A stretch of 64,000 nt of DNA from Candidatus Poseidoniaceae archaeon (lineage in GTDB: Archaea; Thermoplasmatota; Poseidoniia; Poseidoniales; Poseidoniaceae), in contig CASIAI010000002.1 of the NCBI GenBank assembly GCA_949372655.1, positions 295,184 to 359,183 on the forward strand, in the 5' to 3' direction. The translations under genes and the position numbers were made by a program. This document shows positions 59,801-64,000 of this stretch, in pieces. A model generated the notes under the pieces. That model searched no databases, was not told the DNA's origin, and saw nothing but the letters and a program-made list of their open reading frames with translations. Within the stretch, counting starts at the first letter, position 1. Each line of letters opens with the position of its first letter.

Positions 59801-62800
59801 GCTTACACCATGGAATTCGACGAGAACTGGACTACTGCTGAAGCAGAAAATAATAGTACTCCAGCAAGCAATTCTATCATAGTCTTTACCTCCGGTAATT
59901 TGACTCTCGAAACTATTGCTGATGTGGAGGGTGATTTCACTGTCAAACTACCTGGTGATCTAAATTTCCAGATGATTGCATCCAGTCCTGGAAACTTTGC
60001 AGGTGGTAGTCAATATTTCGAAATCAATAATTCTTCATCTTTTGATTTAGGTACGATTTACTTAGAAGAACTCCAAACTGTAAATGGAATATTATTTGCT
60101 TACAATAATAATTCTACATGGGATTCATCTCTCTTTGAAGATTATTCCCCTACAGTTACTGCTACCAATGCAGATGGTGTGTACTGGGAAACTGTAATCT
60201 CAAATATTGGTTCCTTTACAATATCTCTTCCTAAGGATACCTATGACCTAACTATCGATGATGAAGCACTAACTGTATCTCCACTATTGGGCCACATTGT
60301 AACTGATAACTTCACAACAAATTCTGTTGAGTTGACAGCTAACCCGGAATCTAAATCTGTAAGGTTCGATATATTCATTGATGCTGCTGGAAACGGTTCA
60401 CTAGATTTCGGAACTCCAGTGAATTCAAACTTCACTTTGAGTAGTTCGCTTCTGAGTGAGGATTTGACTAATGTTACATTATCAGATTTCACCACACTCG
60501 GTGAGATTTCCTTGGACTTACTACCTGGAACATATACGCTTACAGTCGAGAATTATCCTATCGGTACAGAAAATGCTACCGATTACAATAATATGTTTGT
60601 TTCCAAGAATATTTATGTTTCTCTAGACGATGAACAGCAAAACTTCACCATATCGTTTGAGAATCAGTGGTTGGTTGAAGGAGTGCTAAAGGACAGCAAT
60701 GGTATTGAACTCAAGGCTGACTTCTCATTGTATAACGAGTCAAGAAATGACTGGCATGATATCTCAAGTGATTTAACTGGAGAATTCTCATCATATGTTG
60801 AAGCAGGTGATTGGGTAGTAATTGTCTCTCCAGTAGTTGGACAGAATAATACTACTTTACTTAGAATGCCATTGACAGTTAGTGATGATTCTGCACTTCG
60901 TACAGGATTAGTATTAGAAATGGTCGAGTCTATGCAAATTACCATGCAACTCTTAGAAAACTTGACTGAGGAACCAGTAAATGGTGCTAGAGTTATTGCA
61001 GTTAGTAATGATGGGTTTGGTAATGTCACTTTGAAATCTTCAAGTCTTGAAGGAAATATTTCTGATGACTTAATGCCAGGTTCTTGGAGCCTATTCTTGG
61101 ATAACCAAGGAACTAATCGCTCACTATCGTTAGATACCTATGGTACTCCATTCTCAATATTAGATGCAGTCAATGACTCAGTGGAATTAGGTACAGTCTA
61201 TACAGAAGTCACTGTTTTGATTCAAGGAACTGTCTACTGGGATTCAGATGGTGATAATATTGACTTGGCTGATGAATGGATCTTTGGAGCGAATGTCACA
61301 GTTAAAGATAATACTTCAACAGGATTTAACCAAACAATATCGACAGATGAAGATGGAGATTGGGAACTATTTGTTCCTATTCGAGATATCTACAATGTAA
61401 CTGTAGAAAAGTTAGGTTATGGAACCGTTTACTATGATATGGATAATCAATCAGGCTTTGTCGTGGAAGATTATGCGGTGACTCAAGATATATTGATGGA
61501 AGCAGAAAATGTCGATGTCAGTGGAACTATCCAAACCTCTCTATCTAATCCGGACCTTCAACTTGATGGCGCATCAATTACACTTTATCCAAGTTCAGAC
61601 TCAGATTTAGAGCCTCTAAACGTCATAGGAACATACCTTGACGGGACACTTTCGTGGGACGAAAACATAATTCCAGGAATATGGACAGTTGTTGTTCAGA
61701 GTCAAAATGTTGATGAGAATGGTGGTGGAGTCGCAGTAGGATTCTTGAATGCCAATATATCCAGTGGTGGAGTTCTAGAAATGAATATGACTACTGGTGG
61801 ATGGGTTGAAATTTCAACAAATTGGGAAGATATCAATCTAAATGAGCACCATACAGGTTCATCTGATGCAGAAGGATATGCATTTATACAATCAGATGTA
61901 GAAGTTTCCTTCGACTTAGAACTTGGATCATCATGGAATTACAGTGTTGATTCAAATGGAGAAATTAGAGTATTGATGCCATTAGGAACTGTTAAGTTAA
62001 CTTCTGAATTTACTACAATACAACATCAGAGAAATATTTCTATGGACTATTCCTTCTTCTCTTCGCAAGATATTGAGCAAGGAATATTAGATGTTGAAAT
62101 GGATTATTCTCGTAGAATTAATTCAGAAACTTCCATCAGTATTGATATGAATTCAATCGTAAATGCGACATTTAACAGTGTAGAAGAACTTACTGCAATC
62201 AAAGATGGAGATGATTACAAGGTAATTGAATTTGATGTTGGTGCCATTTATGAAGGTTCTGAGAATAGTGATGTATTCATTGTCACCGGTTCGGTACAAG
62301 CTAACATGGACTCTGAACTATGGAGTCTTGAGTTCTTTAACGGTACTGATTGGGTTTCTTCAGTAGAAGTTACTATGGGTATCGGTGAATCTTTATCTGA
62401 TGATTCAGTATCTAATTCGAGTATTTCGAAGGCAAGAATTGTAATGCCAAATGCAAGTTCAGTTACGAGTTTCGAAGATGGGCATAGTATCAAGATTCGC
62501 GTAGAGAATGACGGTGGAATTTCAAGTTCGAAATTCATTACTGTTTCAATACCAGAAACCTATGGGATTGAAATCTCAGATATTATTGATGAGACTGGTG
62601 TTTCACCTGGTGGAACGAGTTCTTTCTCTTTTACAATAACCAATACTGGTAATGGTAATGACAATGTTAAGATTGAACAAACCAATACTCTTGGAACTGG
62701 ATGGCAAATCACGCCTGAATTGACCTATCTGAATATCTCCAAGGGTGCATCAATATCTCAACCTTTCACAGTATTTGCGCCTTCTGACTTTACCTCCGGT

Positions 62801-63337
62801 GAAGTCCAAGCATGGTTTACCGTTTCAAGTGAAGATGGTATTACTAACACTACGGTGGAAGTTGATATTTATTCAGCAAGGATTTCTCTTAGTGTCGATG
62901 AATCATCTGTTTATGAAAAGTCATATCAAAATGAAATCGGTGGCGGAGAATTAATTATTCCTGTTGAAAATTCCGGATTTAGAGCTGCAGGAACAGTAGT
63001 AGTTACTGCAAACCGAATTGATGATACAGGAACAGTTCTTGAATCATTCACTCCACAGACTATTTCAGTGGGCGCTGGACAGACAGTTGATGCAATATTC
63101 CAACTCAATGCAACTTCCAAGACAGATCAACGTTATGCAGTTAGTGTCGATGTAGAAGGAGAGGATAAGAACTTCACTACAGGAGAGGTTGAATCTTTCG
63201 ATTTCGACCTCCCAACTAAACTGAATGTTGAAAAGGATTCATCCGTATGGCTTATGGTGGTTATCGTAGCTTTGACTATTCTTGTCGCCTATGGTGGCTT
63301 GAAGGTAGCAAGAAATAAATCGTCGACTAGATTCTGA
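53831..63337 (+). CDS. aglB: giant fusion protein: extra polytopic N-terminal domain + AglB/STT3 oligosaccharyltransferase core + about 1,780-aa beta-sandwich repeat region + C-terminal TM
   Basis: A single uninterrupted ORF (open from 53774; ATG at 53831 follows a purine-rich stretch). GGSDPWYMKR first-loop acidic motif at about 55040-55070. WALADHDAF. WWDYGF at 56681-56698. CarboxypepD_reg-like and CARDB-like modules (e.g. SFSFTITNTGNGNDNVKIEQ) run from about 58000. Terminal TM VWLMVVIVALTILVAYGGL. Confidence 0.85.
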   Translation: MEEKTGSPRTAPAPLLGWLIAPLAVLLAIAAIKVVGINFDLDLDNMMPMLVIVIAGILGTVPRILKNNDMIPLGSSTLSLATLGVAMVGHQAITHLSDLGAFTALQFLIVTFVVYYFDSRARYEWSTVTIFTAIGLNIGMVASNFYNGELVTIFERQEGGFISTLNLQRQALGYIFFSYLMIFTLLGLLVAVLTRGVLNAESDEGWFGNISSSQGLWNKSTLPLQIGILVWILAHVASLWHFESVSMSDKLGITSVEGYHGHFGFWAAFFTGLVAVLVAGMFSERWHTRAMLTGSMWTLYQISSWYEKGMWEAKQLDGTWGALIWLGITFFICVGIYMISTHEKWGGWSNKEDHEISGARKFWNAHWSGIMIGMAFFFGLVIRIQWYAVPSMNAYGTGNWDMTGGSDPWYMKRVVDYIIANDAHLIMDADRAYPLGGINPRPPLFTWSIAILSMLLEPMLGDDAVWYAMLGLPAVYGALTIFPIATIAKDHFGKSTGVIAAWLISFMPAHVSHSTWALADHDAFVMLFISLGIMYWMKAMKYSGSDRLTRNSSPRLSSILTSFGVVARERKAAMSFAILAGVSFGVASLGWKGFVVGPSILFLAYFVQVALNMFRRRDSTTINTLFLTMLGVNLLMAIPFYGHPEFDLIFNGTGLQPFLFVLGFSVVIAYITTGFRDKPWLLVLGTLTVAALIFFTILWTLKQFDISNAWDVLFTGSGYFTKTKIFGTVAEANPPDRGQLFAQLGPIVLVLALTMGIYSLWSSLRTRNQSHLVFGIWIFAATYMAWTAARFMFNATPAVAILGAWGISALWRKANWDGLMKAWKKFGIRTPADRITGARKAIWKTPSFSAILLIFVLLGGQQFTYGLDAAIPSSAESEDELDETIFNLIPDALRWELAGFSILDSSSYSGNWYLGSFGSGYNDQGWNGAYEWLANQDAGDAYSDKPAFVSWWDYGFQALDTGEHPSVSDNFQSGIPASGNMLLARNQDDLISMFVWQLAQGDLSYSVSKGDGYELTSGYENILENHLSAEQLEQFKDSQENVDFDEMKEMIDDYSFKVIQTNREVVMAEGHHRADGVADTSASFWRLYEDGERILCDEVVSSSCSDGDWSTFDDANLTFNNEVRSGQESTYDTTHYIFGDYWYTEDLRSEFSSVSTHIHRKNTRLALAVQLLSDSLDSDGITNLYHDLIGLEDYYHVQDYEGLPGDMISRDHEIRYFAIDNRLYPRAGKYTQDYNYNQGQPMGIFGAPTILSGQDISTFMNEVYETTRDGIPQELTREQVDDAMTDDFLDQQAGLEIDPLQVEDVRVDHNAAFFDTMLSRAYVGYGASSLGVNTDSSNPQPSQHFGQSGTPGSYLQQALPMPGAMMNHFVIANWYSEDSNLSFGQTNTLVKILKYYSGAEVSGQVTMSDNGDSLPGVRLLIERDAFSGEGSEDLDNDTYWIPIGYTDADEDGKWSFDAPAGKIRVSAFTGTLNFTTARNSISDGSFAQNLNDVLNEFNTERSVNEVTAILGNVANMTWLGEVQMNVTGEQANRTDIVTETMDIEVSSSGISGMVSWTGDELFNGDPLVNTDIVLRSTFGISDDVTVTTTNGSFTTDETRIVQGTGEVTFTENGTFVSEGIASVVDFSGTFTRDINDGRTFVANGTWDGTGSIKASWINMDSSDVVACDVDPDNSANITMPVNQTICLKDATGTLPVYMIDGVLEANGRFTSVGKTVLVQEIELSTFEGIGSFVGTGTFNGTGQFTGIGDFSGDLVKPGSFYQTGLVPGDYEVFAQLENGREVKLPQIVSVGLTPSYDVEVTIPGSILRGNITDSAGEVIEGLENFEWDDKSLDGAALQIPVNETGNYNYGPISTGDYQVRIDVDSDGFFEVNQTIFVNNVSNVLTPISVIQDMYDISIQLTSPVNDSNGEDLIELGNRTLQLQSDLSEMAKTVESDENGMIKAELIPGNYNLFDSLSEDYLLFESFELVDENLSLTVDYSISSTVSGKLLAYTMEFDENWTTAEAENNSTPASNSIIVFTSGNLTLETIADVEGDFTVKLPGDLNFQMIASSPGNFAGGSQYFEINNSSSFDLGTIYLEELQTVNGILFAYNNNSTWDSSLFEDYSPTVTATNADGVYWETVISNIGSFTISLPKDTYDLTIDDEALTVSPLLGHIVTDNFTTNSVELTANPESKSVRFDIFIDAAGNGSLDFGTPVNSNFTLSSSLLSEDLTNVTLSDFTTLGEISLDLLPGTYTLTVENYPIGTENATDYNNMFVSKNIYVSLDDEQQNFTISFENQWLVEGVLKDSNGIELKADFSLYNESRNDWHDISSDLTGEFSSYVEAGDWVVIVSPVVGQNNTTLLRMPLTVSDDSALRTGLVLEMVESMQITMQLLENLTEEPVNGARVIAVSNDGFGNVTLKSSSLEGNISDDLMPGSWSLFLDNQGTNRSLSLDTYGTPFSILDAVNDSVELGTVYTEVTVLIQGTVYWDSDGDNIDLADEWIFGANVTVKDNTSTGFNQTISTDEDGDWELFVPIRDIYNVTVEKLGYGTVYYDMDNQSGFVVEDYAVTQDILMEAENVDVSGTIQTSLSNPDLQLDGASITLYPSSDSDLEPLNVIGTYLDGTLSWDENIIPGIWTVVVQSQNVDENGGGVAVGFLNANISSGGVLEMNMTTGGWVEISTNWEDINLNEHHTGSSDAEGYAFIQSDVEVSFDLELGSSWNYSVDSNGEIRVLMPLGTVKLTSEFTTIQHQRNISMDYSFFSSQDIEQGILDVEMDYSRRINSETSISIDMNSIVNATFNSVEELTAIKDGDDYKVIEFDVGAIYEGSENSDVFIVTGSVQANMDSELWSLEFFNGTDWVSSVEVTMGIGESLSDDSVSNSSISKARIVMPNASSVTSFEDGHSIKIRVENDGGISSSKFITVSIPETYGIEISDIIDETGVSPGGTSSFSFTITNTGNGNDNVKIEQTNTLGTGWQITPELTYLNISKGASISQPFTVFAPSDFTSGEVQAWFTVSSEDGITNTTVEVDIYSARISLSVDESSVYEKSYQNEIGGGELIIPVENSGFRAAGTVVVTANRIDDTGTVLESFTPQTISVGAGQTVDAIFQLNATSKTDQRYAVSVDVEGEDKNFTTGEVESFDFDLPTKLNVEKDSSVWLMVVIVALTILVAYGGLKVARNKSSTRF

Positions 63338-63519
63338 TTTGAGACAAGTCATTAAATGCTGTACCCCGAAGTTGAGTCTGTAGTGGTGAAGCCTTGGGTA
63401 GTTTAGAGAATATCGAACTTCTTCCTGAACCGGATGATGACCGGATTCTTTCAGCCATTGATCCATCCGTTGTTGGCTTTCAAGATGAATGGAGAGCTGA
63501 GGTTACAGGTTGGGCACCG

Positions 63520-64000
63520 ATGATTGCGAAGCCAATACATCGGGTGAGAAGTCGCAGATTTTTGTTCACTAATCTCGTATTATTTGCTATCCTTGCATCA
63601 TTGATGCTTTGGGTTTGGCAATCAGGATTTATGTTCATTGAATTGCCCCCCCCTAAATCGGAGTGGGCCATTGAACAGGCTGGATTTGAAGATGAAATTT
63701 TGAATGGATTAACCGGTGAAGGGATTAGGGTATGTATCGTAGATACAGGAATTGATATTTCACATTCAGCATTTCAAGGATTTCAGGTAGTTTTCAATGA
63801 TATGATTTCTAATTCTGCCAGTCCAGTAGATTACGGGGCAATTGCTCATGGTACTTTGATGGCAGGCATTTTGATATCTCAATCTCACCAAACGGGAGTC
63901 GCTCCTGGAATCACTTTGGGAGTGGTTGCGGCTTTGGATGATGACGGTTCAGGTATGAATACGGCTGGCGAGCAGACTATATCGGATGCTATTGAATGGT
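63520..64000 (+). CDS. membrane-anchored subtilisin-like (S8) serine protease, 3'-truncated by the window end
   Basis: Not in the ORF track because no stop lies within the window. This frame is open from 63373, with the first ATG at 63520. Signal-anchor FLFTNLVLFAILASLMLWVW. Catalytic Asp motif VCIVDTGID and His motif HGTLMAGI. Confidence 0.75.
   Translation, partial: MIAKPIHRVRSRRFLFTNLVLFAILASLMLWVWQSGFMFIELPPPKSEWAIEQAGFEDEILNGLTGEGIRVCIVDTGIDISHSAFQGFQVVFNDMISNSASPVDYGAIAHGTLMAGILISQSHQTGVAPGITLGVVAALDDDGSGMNTAGEQTISDAIEW

Noticed and set aside
63480-63671. 63-aa minus-strand ORF from the track
   Set aside because: It is antisense to the N-terminal signal-anchor region of the plus-strand subtilase ORF, which has clear catalytic motifs downstream.

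Overview
AT-rich archaeal chromosomal segment. Archaeal hallmarks are CDP-archaeol synthase, an AglB/STT3 oligosaccharyltransferase with WWDYG, an archaeal-type PheS alpha subunit, a stand-alone GMP synthase subunit B, a split glycine dehydrogenase and a PGF-CTERM anchor. The gene content resembles uncultured marine planktonic Euryarchaeota/Thermoplasmatota, but that is inference only.

Housekeeping genes: folD, an aminotransferase, pheS, gcvT-gcvPA-gcvPB, purE, guaA-B, purD, carS, a deoA-family phosphorylase, three tRNAs, and a thiamine-type ABC importer with a ThiN-domain HTH regulator.

These are interleaved with ten genes for very large secreted or membrane-anchored proteins. By the ORF coordinates these total about 30.8 kb, roughly 48% of the window. 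Most carry thrombospondin-type-3-like DxDxDG calcium-binding repeats.

Most notable observations:
(1) One uninterrupted 3187-codon ORF embeds an AglB/STT3 core between an extra polytopic N-terminal membrane domain and about 1,780 aa of sequon-rich beta-sandwich repeats.
(2) A 14-bp exact duplication of the tRNA-Asn 3' end brackets a roughly 3.9-kb more AT-rich cassette. The cassette carries an Asn-rich, sequon-saturated PGF-CTERM protein.
(3) A collagen-like (Gly-X-Y) / ELWxxDGT-repeat gene is broken by frameshifts, the first inside a 36-nt tandem repeat.
(4) A 1651-aa anchored protein combines six lamin-tail domains with a two-HKD phospholipase-D-type domain.

No CRISPR array, rRNA, transposase or integrase was seen.
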